Part shown: piece by piece, positions 13,958-27,052 of the stretch
How the letters are laid out: the number at the start of each line of letters is the position of its first letter
How positions within the stretch are numbered: the first letter of the stretch is position 1
NCBI GenBank assembly: GCA_951406725.2
Contig: OX597828.1
Coordinates: forward strand, 14,942,001 to 15,006,000
Direction of reading: 5' to 3'
DNA: 64,000 nt
Source of the DNA: Octopus vulgaris
Lineage: Eukaryota
Translations under genes and position numbers: made by a program
The notes under the pieces: generated by a model
Seen by the model: only the letters and a program-made list of their open reading frames with translations
What the model was told of the DNA's origin: nothing
The model's database searches: none

Positions 13958-15639
13958 AGGATATAAAAGTGTTGCAAGTTGTTCGAAGCTTGTGTTGGAT
14001 GTTTTAAATATTTTTGTTTGGTATGAAACGAAAGAAAAAATCGTTTTAACATGGAAAAATTATTGGCCTTCATGGTGCAGTTGCAACTACAACAGCAGCA
14101 ACAACAAAACCAACAGTTGTTGGAATTAATGTTGAAGAAGTCTGAAAATACTTTGTTCATACTCATCAGAACATGAACGTAGCAAACTCGACTGAAGAAT
14201 TCAGCTATAATCAGGAAGGGATTACCTTCTTTGCATATTTTTATAGATGCAAAGAAATCTTCAAAGACGAGTGTAAAAGTTGGTCCAACAAGAAAATAGT
14301 ACGACTACTTCTAAGAAAGCTATCCTCTACTGAACACGAAAAATATAGTAATTATGTTCTGCCAATGAAATTAGGTGAGTTTTTTTTTTTGATGAAATTG
14401 AAAATTTTCAGTGAAAGAAGTTCCCTGTTCATTACTTGGTAGCAGTGTTTAAATTTGGTCAAAAGATACGGAAATTTCATCTCCTATGCCGGAATGGTTA
14501 ACAGAGTGTGAGAAATTCAAATTGAATGCGTTAACCCTAGACATGTTCAAGTGTTTTGTTTTTGTTCAAGGGCTTACTGCAAACAAAGATGCAGATATAC
14601 AATCCCGGACATTAACAAAATTAGAACAGGACCAAAATATAACTTTACAGGTAGAAGCGGAAGAATTATAAATCTATGACATGATGCAAATAAAATTGAA
14701 GAGAAAGATTGCTTTCATGTTCAGGTGTATCTACTGGTATCGTATAAGAAAAAATGTCAAGACTGAATCCATGTTATGGGTACAGTGGTCTACATTTTGA
14801 AAATGATTGTCCATTTAAAAATATAAAAAGCTACAAGTGTGGTAAAATAGGGCATAAAATGTCACACTGTAAGACAAAACCTAAAAAGCAGCTCAACAGA
14901 AAAAATTGGATAAACAGATTATTGGTGATAAAAAATACGAAAGAGCCTGAAAAGAAATTTGCGTATGTAAAAATTAATAACACAGACATAAAGTTACAAT
15001 TGGATACAGGCAGCGATGTCTCAATAATTAACACAGATGCATGGGAAATAAGTCAAGAGACTTAAATTAAATGAAACTTCGAAAATTGCCCATGGTGTTT
15101 CAGGGGAAAAAATTATATTTTAAGGGTGAATTGATAAGTAACATTACATTTCATGAAAAAACTTTAAAGGCTAAAGTTTTTGTGTTAAATAATACCTCCA
15201 ACTTATTCAGAACTGACTGGATGGAATTATTTAACTTACGGGACCTCCCCATAAATCTTTTCTGTAAAAATGTGAGTAGGATAAATTAGGTCTATGTACC
15301 AAAATGAAGGCACAGTTTCTAATGAAAGAAAATGCCATACTGACATTTAAACAAAAATGAACTTTACCAATCAAAGCATTAGAACAGATAAACTTGGTGA
15401 GACTAGAAAAATTTAGAGTCATCCAAAAAGTGGAATATAGTCAATGGGCATAACCAACTGTGTATGTTAAGAAAAAGAATGATAAAATCAGTGTGTGTGC
15501 TGATTTTTCTACTGATTTAAACAAATGTCTTGAAACGTGCCACTATTCATTACCCACGCCGGAGGATATTTTTGCAAAATTAAACAGTTTGAAGATATTT
15601 TCTAAAGTGGATCTCTCTGACATGCATACCTACAAAAAA

Positions 15640-15952
15640 TCTCTCATGGAAGCGTCATCCAACCAAAATGCAAATATATGGGAAACTACCACCTGTGTCA
15701 TCTCTTGAAAGGTAGGAGAGTCCAGTTTGCTGGACATTGTTGTAGAGCTGAAAACGAGGCAATTTCTACTCTTCTCCTCTGGAAGCCATCTACTCGTGAT
15801 ACCAGAGGGTGCACACTCTCCTACCCTGATGTAATCTCCAGGGATACAGGCATCTAGCAACAGGACCTCCATAATGCTATGATAGACCGTGAAGGCTGGC
15901 GTAGCATGGTAAATTCCATTGTCTCGACCATGGTCGAACAATGATAATGATG
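15640..15952 (+). mobile_element. 5'-truncated RTE-type LINE 3' end inserted into the Gypsy RT
   Basis: Flanked by ACAAAAAA direct repeats (15632-15639, 15953-15960) and ends in a (TGA)n-like tail. Encodes SWKRHPT..YGKLPPVS..FAGHC.R..LLLWKP..AMIDREGWR. Confidence 0.85.
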
Positions 15953-17349
15953 ACAAAAAAGTAGATGAGGAATGCTCTAAATACCTTACAATTAACATAC
16001 TCAAAAGACTGTTTAAATACAAGTTATCATTTGGCTTAAAAGTTGCACTAGTAATTTTTCAATAGATTATAGATACAATGTTAGCAGACTGTGAATTTAC
16101 AATTCTATATCTGGATGATATACTCATTAAAAACGAATCCAGGGATCAACACATAGAGCACACAAAATATATATTTGAAAAAATTAGGGATTTTACTATG
16201 CGTGAAGAAAAGTGAATTTTTCTTACTGAAAATAAGATATTTAGAACAAATCATTGACAGAAATGGACATCAACCAGACCTGGCAGAGGCAATTAAAATT
16301 ATGTCCCCTCTGACAAATATAGCGACTTTACAAATATGGATAAGGTGAAATTATATTACAAGTATTATATTACAAATGTACATAGGGTGAAAAAAGATAT
16401 GAAGTGGAAATGGTGGGAAAATTGTCAAAAGACATTTGATGAAATAAAAAAAATATTAATATCTGATTTGCTGTTAGCATACTTTCATCATGCAGCAGAG
16501 ATTGTTGTAACTCCAGACACTTCTGAGTACAGTATACAAGCAGTAATGCTACATGAATATAAAGATGGTAACATGAAGGTGGTGGTTCATGCCTCGCGTT
16601 CTCTGATATTAGCAGAGAAAAATTATAGTCAAATCAAAAAAGAAGCTCTAGTGATTATTTTTGCCGTGAAAAAATTTCGCAGATTTTTATGCAGCAAAAG
16701 TTATCGTTTACAGACTGATCATCATGCATTACTAGCAGTATTTGGATCAAAGAAAGGGATCCCTACCCATACTGATAATAGGTTGCAACACTGGGGTACA
16801 ATATTATTAAACTAGTTTCAAGAAATTAGGTCATGCAGATTGTCTATCAAGACTGATTTCAAAATATGCAGAATCATTTGAAGATACCATGTTTGCCACT
16901 TTGCAAGTGGAGAAATGAAATTAAAAATGTTTTGTGCAACATTATTCGTGAACTGCCACTTACTTTACAAGACATAAAAGTAAAATCAGAAAACGATAAA
17001 TTCATTATAAAAATGAAAGAAATACTAAAGACTAAAAGAGATAAAAATCTGTGCAACATAAATGCGAACCATTTCTCACAGTGTGACAAAGTGTTGATGT
17101 ACGCACTAAGAGTCGTAGTGCCAACCACACTACAAAAGCAATTATTAAAGGAATTTCAGATTGGTCTCCCAGGGATTTCAAGAATGTAATCATTAATGAG
17201 AAGTTATGTATATTGGCCAACAACGGGCCGTGACATTGAAGAATCAGTGAAAGCATGCAGAGGATGGGCCTTAGATGCAAAAGAACCTACCACTAAGTGG
17301 CAACCATGGCCAAAAGTATGTTCCAAGGGCCAGGTATCACATTGGTATC

Positions 17350-18690
17350 ACATTGAAAGCTATTAAATTATGACGTTTATCATAAGCTTTATTTTACATT
17401 TCCTGCCCACAAGAGATTATGTCCGATCTTTAGTATACTATTCTATGTCTTCTCAAATCACAATCACAGGAAAAGTTGTTGATAATTCTTATCATCAAAA
17501 ACAACAAAAGCAAAGCTGATAAATATGCATAAATGTTAGAAAGTAAGTTTAATTACCAATAAACATCAGCTTGGATGACACTTTACACAACCAACAGAGG
17601 AAGGTGACCAATCAAACTGATTATGTAAACAGAATTCTGATTGGTTGAAAGTGTCTTCTTGTCTCAAGCTCTGATTTTCTGCCTATTCTTGTGTGAACCT
17701 TTGATACGAAGTATTGAAATTTCAATCCCTTTCACACTTATAAAATGTCAAGCAAACTTTAAAATTTGTCTTTACCGTTTTAGCCGGGGGGGGACCAAAC
17801 TGATAGTTTGGTAACCCGCTAAAATAAACATTAAAAATCGAAAGGAGAAAATAAACAGTTTTGCAAGTTAAACTCAGTGTTTATTGAACAAGAGAGGTGC
17901 GAAATTTAAGAAGTGACTTGTTAGAATATACACGTCTGTGAGGGGACATAAAAAAGGATAGCAAAAATCTATTATACCAAAAGAACTGGTAATACATACA
18001 TTACAAGTGTTCTATGAAGAGAACATAAGATTGCTGCATAATTTAACATGAATGTGACACAACATTAAACATCGTATAAGGTAAATGAAGGTTTCTGTAG
18101 GAACGCTGTCATATTCACTTAGTGGGTGTACATGTGCAAGGATGGATTATGATGTTGTCGTTGGCGTTAGATGTAATAAGAGCTGGTAGTGCCGATGTTG
18201 GCAGTGATGAAGTTCATTGTTCTAACGTGAAGAAAGCAAGCAATAGCTTCCTGGAGGCAAATGCAAGCAAGACTTCTTAAGCAGTGAAAAACCGATCTAT
18301 TTAAGGAAATTGCTCGGCTCCATTGCAATAGGTAGGGACTCCAAGCAATGTAAAATATGGCCCAGACCGTGATTACCAGCATGAACATCAAACTTCAAAA
18401 AGTAGTTAACCATTTAATAGTTTTAGTATATTTATACAGAAAAAGAAAAGTAAGCATTATACCATCCAGCATAAATAAAAGTCAACTTCATTATATTTTC
18501 TCTAAAAACCTATTCTAACATTAAATGAGTCGACTCCCGGTACAAATGTTTACATTTGTACATCATTTTTCAACAAAAAAAATTTCTAAAAAAATTCTTG
18601 AAATGACCTACTCATGTAATTTACACACCCACTAAAGTTTATTTTTGTTTTTGCGAAAAAAATGCGTAAATTACATGCGTTTTTACAGTA
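17350..18690. mobile_element. probable decayed Tc1/mariner-pogo-like DNA transposon remnant
   Basis: Ends in TIR-like GCGTAAATTACATGCGTTTTTACAG followed by TA (~18664-18690). No partner TIR or intact ORF found. Confidence 0.35.
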
Positions 18691-19246
18691 TATAAATAAT
18701 GAAATCTATAAGGATCCATCACAACCCATATTCTCCTATTCATAGATGAAAGTCAGGTAATACTCAGTAAAGATAATCAGGGATTATATAGTAAAACTAA
18801 TCCACAATATTTTAATATATTTTGTTATTGCTGCTGTTTAGCCTCATGTCAGTTTCAGCCTAGCAGACTTTAATCAAAGCTGTTCCACCTTTGACCATTA
18901 TTGGTTTTTACTTAATGCTTTCTTTCTGTTTGGTGGATAGGTGGTGGGCATGGGATGGTATTTATCTTTTTATTTTTTTTAGCCATTAGACTGCGGCTAT
19001 GCTGGGGCACCGCCTTGAAGAGTGTATAGTTGAATGAATCAACCCTAGTATTTTTTTAAAGCCTGGTACTTATTCTGTTGGTCTCTTTTGCTGAACTGCT
19101 AAGTTACAGTATATTTAGAACTCTTTTCTAATGTGTTTTTTTTTTTTAAATCTAAGCCTGTATCCATGGTTTGTGAATGTGCTTGGCTTAGTGGTTAGGG
19201 TGTTAGATTCATGATCATAAAATCATGGTTTCAATTCCCCAGACTT

Positions 19247-19477
19247 GGTGGTGAGCTGGCAGAAACGTTAGCACGCCGGGCGAAATGCTTAGCAGTATTT
19301 CGTCTGCCGCTACGTTCTCAGTTCAAATTCCGCCGAGGTCGACTTTGCCTTTCATCCTTTCGGGGTCGATTAAATAAGTACCAGTTACGCACTGGGGTCG
19401 ATATAATCGACTTAATCCGTTTGTCTGTCCTTGTTTGTCCGCTCTGTGTTTAGCCCCTTGTGGCCAATAAAGAAATA
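19247..19477 (+). mobile_element. SINE family B copy nested in another tRNA-SINE
   Basis: Near-identical to 35960-36190. Another young copy at 49588-49821; older copies at ~21120-21790, 23670-23885, 51983-52195 and 52720-52930. Confidence 0.85.
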
Positions 19478-20361
19478 GGTGTGTTGTGTTCTTGAGTAAC
19501 ACACTGAATATCATGTTGCTCCAGTCTGTCCAGCTGTAAATGAGTACCAGCAATAGCTGGGAAGTTAACCTTGGGATGGACTGGCATTCCATCCAAGGAC
19601 CAGGTAGGGGAATGCTGTAATCTTCAGTCATTTATATGACATGCAAACCAGGTTAAACTCCAATTTTATGGGTCCTAGAATTCACGACATACATAATTCT
19701 AAGTAAGTAGATATGGATTGGCAGGGAGATTTGGCTGCTATTTCTAACTGGGCAAGCAATTAACCACATAATAACTTGCATGTTTTTTTTAAAAATCTTT
19801 TTACCATGGATGTGTTTCCTGTGCAGCATACCAACATGCATCTCATTTACGTGCTAATACAGAACAGGATTAAAATGAAAGCATACTGTGTAAACATGGC
19901 ACTATAAATTGGATACAGGATCACAAAGGAATATTTTCTATATGACTAAAGTACAAACATCTGCTGCTGCCACTGCATTTGTTTTAGTATTTTTTTGGTT
20001 TTTCTTTTCCTTTGCCAGGAACGCTGTCTAACATCATTGATAGGACACCTAAACTGCTCAACGAGTTGTGTTTTCCCTTTGCATATTAATATGCAAGACT
20101 GATCACTTTCAACGTGACTCATAGATTAATCAATTTTTTTAACACCAGTGTCTCCAACAAGTGCTGTTTACCATTGAATAAATAATACAACTGCTTTGCT
20201 GTTGTTGTTGTTGTTATTATCATCATTATTATTATTATTGATGATAATGTTGATGATGATGATAATATTTATCCTTATTGTTTTTGACAATATATTTTTT
20301 TTTCAATGCTTGAAGTATTTTAATTGGCACATTACTATTTCCTTTTTCTTCTTTTATTCAG

Positions 20362-20471
20362 GTTGTATGGGAGATACACAATTTCACTTCCGCATTCGGC
20401 AATGTCCTGGCCGCAAACTACACATTCCAGCTCATTCTCAGTACAATAGGGACTGCCCTATATCATTACAG
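20362..20471 (+). CDS. DENND6: DENND6 exon (G-CMGDTQFHFRIRQCPGRKLHIPAHSQYNRDCPISLQ)
   Basis: Acceptor ttattcag, donor gtaagc. 110 nt, phase 1 to 0. Continues the frame; resembles GCLGDTQFCFRFRQ of vertebrate DENND6A. Confidence 0.95.
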
Positions 20472-22668
20472 GTAAGCATATTTATTGTTGTATAACATCT
20501 TGTTACCTTTCACTGGATTATCTAAAAGGTATCCGTTGCTGTTGTTGTTATATACTAAACCCCCAGTCAATCTTGGTCAAGTAAATACGCCGGTGGTCAA
20601 CAGCATTAAAAGTATGACCGTACCTCCACTCATTTTTTTCTTTTGTCCTCATAAATAGTGTAATCCACATTAGATTATCTAACATATCAATTAAGACAAT
20701 AGTAATGGGTGCTTTTAGAGATATTGCTGCTATTTTTAGCAGCTTGAGCAGCCACATAGAATCTCCATCCATGGCTTGAAAATTATCCATAAAGTGTTTA
20801 CCTTAAGCTTAGATTGACTCCTGGTCTTAACCAACTCCAGTCAAACCATCCAACCTATGCCAGCATGGAAAATGGATATTAAATGATGATGATGATATAT
20901 ATATATATTGTTTTTTGGTCATTAGACTGTGGCCATGCTGGAGCACTGTCTTGAAGAATTTTTAGTCAAATGAATCGACCCAGTACTTTTTTTTTTTTAA
21001 CGTGGTACTTATTCTATTGGTATATGTTGCTGAACCACTAAGCTACAGGGACATAAACACACCAACGCAGGTTGTAAAACAGTAGTGGGGAACAAACACA
21101 GACACACATACACAGACAAAATGCTTCGTGGTATTTCGTCTTTCTTTACACTCGGAATTCAAATTCTGCCAAAGTTGACTTTGCCATCCATCCTTTTGGG
21201 GTTGATAAAATACAGTATCAGACAAGTACTGGGGTTGATAGAATCAACTTGACTTGCTTCCCCTAACATTGCTGGCTTTGTGCCAAAATTTGAAACTGTG
21301 TTATCGTTGTTGTTGTTTATTATAATTTTATTATTAAGGCGGCAAGATGGCAGAATCGTTAGCATGCCTGGCAAAATTCTTAGTGGCATTTCGTCTGTCT
21401 TTATGTTCTCAAGTTCAAATTCCACCGGGATCGACTTTGCCTTTCATCTTTCCGGGATCAATAAAACAAGTACCAGATGAGTACTAGAGTTGATGCTTTT
21501 GACTTACCCCCTTCCCTGAACTTGCAAAACTTATGCCAGGATTTCAAATCATTACTATCATTATTATTATTAAAAAGGCTGTAAGCTGGCAGAATCATTA
21601 GAATGCTAGGGAAAATGCTTAGTAGCATTTCATCTATATTCACGTTCTGAGTTCAAATTCCAACAAGGTCGACTTTGCCTTTTGTCCTTTCTGGGTCAAT
21701 AAAATAAGAAACATTTGAGTACAGGGGTCAATGTAATCATCTATCCCCTGCCCCTAAATTTCAGGCTTTGTGCCTCTAGTAGAAAGGATTATTATTATTG
21801 AGTGAGAGAGCAGTGCATGCCATCAAAGCGACACTGAGGTAAAATATACAAAGCCCAGTATACCCATCATGATTACCCATCTGATAAGGGTACACCAGGC
21901 ACATGTATCACAACTATATGTGTGCAACATAGTGATCTCATATCAAGATAAACAGTGCATGACCTTGCAGGTGGGGCCCAGTTAGAATTTTCTTCAGGTC
22001 GAGCAGCTCATCCCACTCAAAAAGTCCCTGAATAAGGGTTGTTTAAGAATGATGAACAAAACACCCATGTTTCCAAAGGTGAATTATCCAAACACCAAAG
22101 AATTCCTCCCAACATATGGCTATGATGTTCCCCCTGTATTTCTGCTCGTGATCAGAGATGCACATATCGCCAGCCACTAAGGGATATGCTCAACTGGTTA
22201 TGGTCAAACAACTGACAAACAAATCTGTGCTATTGAGCAGTATATTTGCTGTAGTCCATCTTTTACACCAAGACAAAACATGTACATGTTAACACTTCCA
22301 ATCAGTTAAGATCAGAAGCCATGAGAGTCACTGCCTGGTACTGCATCAGGGCATTGATTATATTATTATTATTATTATCATTGTTTTGATTCTCGCTGTT
22401 CTATTTGTGGTTGTTCTTTACTTGAAAGCAGGCAATTTCAAATCACCAAAGGTTTCAAGTACTGCCTTCTCCTGTGACTCAGAAACAATACTCTCCTTAG
22501 AATAGAGCTGTACCCAACAATGCTGTCTTCTGGATCACTTTGAGCCTGACAGCAGCTCCAATATTCTTAATGTTTTGCATTATAATTATTATTATTATTA
22601 CTACTACTACTACTACTATTGTTGTTGTTGAGCAAGTGTCTAATGCTGTTATATCCTTCTGGTTTCAG

Positions 22669-22749
22669 TGTGATAATGCTTACTACTATGGTTATGTATA
22701 TTTCCGACAAACTAAAGACAAATCAGTCCGGCGTGGCTATTTTCAAAAG
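22669..22749 (+). CDS. DENND6: DENND6 exon ([27 protein letters not shown])
   Basis: Acceptor tttcag, donor gtaatt. 81 nt, phase 0 to 0. Conserved YGYVYFRQ...RGYFQK motif. Confidence 0.95.
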
Positions 22750-24279
22750 GTAATTAACTAACATTTTAGAATTTTCCTTCAGTAAGTAATTAAACAAGTA
22801 ATTAAGATATTCTTCAAGCAACTTTGTCTATCTTCACATCATGTTTCTGTTTTTGTCTCACTCCAGCACATCCCTGACTGAGTAAATTTATGATCAGAGG
22901 CAACCCAGTCGTGATTATCTTGTCTTTTTGAGTCTTTCCAGGTAGTGGACAATATTTTGCAATGTGCCTTTCTTTTTTTTTAAGGGAATCGGGCATAGTT
23001 TGAGAGAAATTTGACTACTATTTCTAGCAGGTTGAGTGACTGCCTGGAGGATCACCTTATGTAATGGTAATCTATACTGTAATAAGAGCCATGTCCGTCT
23101 GTCCAGCACATCCGTCACACTTTTCTTCAGTATTAAAAGGAAGAAATTCAAGCAGTTAACTTGAAAGAATTGTATCACATATACCAAGATTAAATAATTT
23201 TATTTAAATAGGATAGAAAGAGAAAGAGAGGAGGGAGAGTGAGTGGTGACTGACAGGAAGGGAAGAAAATGTTTTGATACATACAAGGAAAAATAGATAC
23301 ATAGATAAAAAAAAGTAGATACATAGATAAAAAAAATAGATACATAGATAAAAAAAAAAGTAGATACATACACACATTGTTAAATTAAAAGCAGGAGAGA
23401 GGAGGGACACAGAGAAAGTGAGAGTGACAGTAGATACATAGATGAAAAGAAAAGTTGGTACATAGATGCAGAGACTCAGATTGCAGTTAGAAAACTGTGG
23501 GTGACATTGAGGACTTTCTTCTCTTGTCTGTTGCTCTTTCAGCAATTGACCTCCAACAAAACATCTATGCAGTCGCCCGACGTGCAACAAATAGCAACCA
23601 AATCTCCTTCAAATGATACCCTCCTGTGTTAGTGTATCTCAGGCAATATGATTGGATTTTAATAAGACAGCAGGGCAAGCTGGCAGAAATGTTAGCATGC
23701 CACGCAAAATGCTTTGCAGTATTTCATGTCTTTATTTTCTGAGTTCAAATTCCTCCGAGGTCAACTTTGCCTTTCATTCTTTCAGGGTTGATAAATTAAG
23801 TACCAGTTGCGTACTGGGGGTCGATCTAATTGACTGGCCCCCTCCCCCAAAATTTTCAGGCTTTGTGCCTAGAGTACAAAAGAATAAGACAGCAGAGTAA
23901 CACCATTAGAATAGGAAGGAATATGAGAGAAAATAAAATAACTATTTAAAATACAATAAAGGCAGGAGTACAAGGAGGTTTAATTTTCTGTAATAGGTTG
24001 ATGGGTAATAAAAATTTTTGAGGTTCACAGGTATGAATGCTTTAAAGGTTCGTGGATATCAAAGTTTGAAAGTTAAAGCATGTGCAGAAGGTAATTCTAT
24101 TCAAATTTATTACCTGTACGTTTTAATAAATAATGGATACGAAGCAGAATATATAGTGGTGTTTCAAAATAATTATGTGCACTGAAAACTCCCGTAAATG
24201 TGCTACACTCTTAATTTAAAGACACATTTTCTTATTATTTGCAACTATTAAAACCCCATTATGAGTATTGATATCGCTA

Positions 24280-25003
24280 GCCAGACTGTCAACAGGAGAG
24301 GCGAAGAAGATTGAGCAGTGACCAACAAGAAGCTGTAAGAAACATAAATGCTGCATAATACTCCAAAATTTTGCTACAGGACTCTCAACAACATAGAGTA
24401 GCAAGAGAACATATATCATAGGAAAGAAGAGGAGAAATTTTAGATCAAAATGCTGAACAACATCATGCAGCCCGAGAGAATTTACCACAAGAAGGAAGAG
24501 AAGAAATTCTACATCAAGATGCTCAACAACATTGCGCAGCCCAAGAGAATTTATCACAAGAAAGAAGAGAAGAAATTCTATCAGTGGTCTACCTTCACAT
24601 AAGATTAAATTAAAAATTGGAGCACCAATAATGTTACTCAGAAAACTTGATCACAAAAATGGTCATTGCAATGGCACAAGGTATAAAATTGCAACTTGCA
24701 AAAAAAAAAAAATGACTCGAGTTGATGTGGAACAAATTGTTCTGATTCCTTAGATTCTGACTTACTCTTCACATTACAAAGATGCCAATTTCCAACAAGA
24801 CCAGTTTTTGCAATTTCCATAAACAAAAGCCAAGGACAGAGTCTGTCAAAATGTGGCATTTACTTACCAAATCCAGATTAATTATTTAAAACAAACAGTT
24901 TAAAGATGAGTTTCGATAAGTGCACATTCTGTTTCCATTTTATTTTCAACTGTAACTGGTTGGGATCTGAAGAGTGTAGTATCAAAGCCAGGTAGACGTT
25001 AGT
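24280..25003 (+). mobile_element. internally deleted Helitron Rep/helicase remnant (PIF1-like helicase C-terminus)
   Basis: SGLPSHKIKLKIGAPIMLLRKLD..GHCNGTR and, after a frameshift, QFPTRPVFAISINKSQGQSLSKCGIYLP. Preceded by 69-bp coding tandem repeats. Ends are approximate. Confidence 0.85.
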
Positions 25004-25256
25004 AATTGTTGTACTGGCTGCGAACACACTCAGTTGTTCTGATTATTACTTATATTTATTATTTAATTTTTGTCATGAATTTATCATGTGTGTATAAAAT
25101 ATTTAATAAAACTGTATAATACATGTATATATATATAGAGAGAGAGATTTATGCAAATATATGTAAAACTGGTTGTTGATAGTTTCGATTACTTTTGGGT
25201 ATACATGAGAAAAAAATAGGACATTAAACTACTCATCGTTTAACAGGTGCCCTAGT

Positions 25257-25512
25257 AATGATAATAATAATGAAATTATTGTATACAGTGCTCAGATGCC
25301 CTACAACTCATCAGAAAAAGTAGCTAAAAATGCATGAACAGCACATAGATTAATGCACAGAAAGTGAACAGTGAAAGAGTTGTTAAAAGGGTGGGTAGGC
25401 ATCAGGTGTATTGTTGGTGAATTTCAGGAAGTATGGAAGTTTTAAAGGATACAGTGTCCTAACAGCCAACTACAGGTGCAATAGTTTATTCCAGTCTTCA
25501 GCAACTCTGAAC
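25257..25512 (-). mobile_element. CR1/L2-like LINE 3' end
   Basis: Minus strand reads FRVAEDWNKL..., followed by a 3' UTR ending in (ATT)n. Confidence 0.5.
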
Positions 25513-26107
25513 ATTGCTGGTATGAAAGCAGAAACAGTAGAAGGTCAGACAGTTTGTAATTTCACTCCTCCACATTATGAGTTCAGAAGCTCAGTTCCTA
25601 CTAGAGTCAATCTGATCCTACCACAGGAAGTGGAAGCACATGGCTCAATAGTTAGACTCATTGGGCTCACAGTCATGAGGTAGTAAGTTTGATTCCCAGA
25701 CCAGGCTGCATGTTGCATTCTTGAACAAGATGCTTTATTTCACGTTGCTCCAGTCCACTCAGCTGTAGAAATGAGTTGCGACATCACTGGTGCCAAGCTG
25801 TGTCGGCCTTTGCCTTTCCCTTGGATAACACTGGTGGCGTGGAGAGGGACACTGGTATGCGTGGGTGACTGCTGGTCTTCCATTTACAACCTTGCCCAGA
25901 CTTGTGCCTCAGAAGGTAACTTTCTAGGTGCAACCCCATGGTCATTCATGACCAAAGGGAGTCTTTACCATTACTACAGGAAAGAAAATTAAATTATCAT
26001 TCATGTATTAGTATCAGTTTAATTAACTGTAGCATTTAGTTTCCAACAAAACATTATAAAGAAACAGGACGGGTTTTGTTTTTCCAATTTTTTTTTTTTT
26101 TTATATA

Positions 26108-26488
26108 AGGCATAGGCATGGCTGTTTGGTAAGAAGCCTGCTTTCCAACCACATGGTTCTTGGTTCAATCCCACGGCATGGCACTTTGGGCAAGTGTCTT
26201 CTACTATAGCCTTAAAGTCTTGTGAATAGATTTGGTTGACAGAAACTGAAAGAAGCCCGTTGTATATATATATATGTGTGTGTGTGTATGTGCTTGTTCC
26301 CCACCAACGCTTGATAACTGGTGTTGGTGTGTTTATCTCCTCATAACTTAGCAGTTTGGCAAAAGAGACCAATAGAATAAGGTACAAGGCTTAAAAAAAA
26401 GCACTGGGGTCAATTCATTTGACTAAAAATTCAAGGTGGTGCCCCAGCATGGCAACAGTCAAATGACTGAAACAAGTAAAAGATAAAA
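26108..26488 (+). mobile_element. SINE family A copy (more diverged)
   Basis: Colinear with the other copies. Confidence 0.8.
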
Positions 26489-26639
26489 ACCTATATTATT
26501 GGGTTAGTTCAATACTAGCAGAGGAAAGAAAGAAGTTCTTCTCTCAACAAAGATCTGATCTAAATGCTTACAACAGAGTAGATGCGCGTAGATTCACCCA
26601 AGGATGAAATGGTGATGTTAAATCAAGTGACAGATTATA

Positions 26640-27052
26640 TCTGTTTTAGCGTGATCATTGCCAGAGCAACAAACTGGCTTCTGTGCTGGTGGCACATAAA
26701 AAGCACCATTTGAGTGTGATCGTTACCTGCATCACCTTACTGGCACTTGTGCTGGTGGCACATGAAAAAACATTCAAGCGAGGTCGTTGCCAGTGCTGCT
26801 GGTCTGGCTCCTGTGCAGGTGGCACATAAAAAGCACCATTTGAGCATGGCCATTGCTAGTACCACCTGACTGGCCCTCATGCCAGTGGCACGTAAAAGCT
26901 CCCACTACACTCTCGGAGTGGTTGGCATTAGGAAGGGCATCCAGCTGTAGAAACTCTGCCAGATCAAGATTGGAGCCTGGTGCAGCCATCTGGTTCGCCA
27001 GCCCTCAGTCAAAATGGAAGCGGGTGTTAAACGATGATGATAATGATGATGA
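26640..27052 (+). mobile_element. RTE LINE 3' UTR copy
   Basis: Repeated GGTGGCACATAAAA units, the GGAAGGGCATCCAGCTGTAG core and a GAT tail. Confidence 0.8.

Larger units (their letters stand above)
13745..17340 (+). mobile_element. decayed Ty3/Gypsy (Mag-like) LTR retrotransposon: gag-protease-RT-RNaseH and start of integrase, 3' truncated
   Basis: Gag starts MEKLLAF...QQQQQ (14051) and includes KKIVRLLLRKL and two degenerate CCHC knuckles (~14770-14870). Protease LQLDTGSD (~14995); RT CADFST, KVDLSD and YLDDILI (~16107); RNase H ASRSL/NYSQIKKEAL; integrase Zn region GLPGISRM..RSYVYWP. Many stops and frameshifts. Confidence 0.93.

Noticed and set aside
14051-17340. Domesticated gag/pol-derived host gene
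   Set aside because: Numerous stops, frameshifts and a nested LINE indicate a dead element.
18167-18391. Membrane-protein-like ORF (VWAIFYIAWSPY, GPCR TM6-like)
   Set aside because: Short and isolated, with no other TM exons or splice support, and inside a probable transposon remnant.
24216-24557. 113-aa hydrophobic repeat ORF on the minus strand
   Set aside because: Antisense reading of the 69-bp Helitron coding repeats.
26680-26910. Regularly spaced GGTGGCAC repeats resembling a CRISPR array
   Set aside because: Eukaryotic context, related rather than unique spacers, and no cas genes; these are subrepeats of the RTE 3' UTR.
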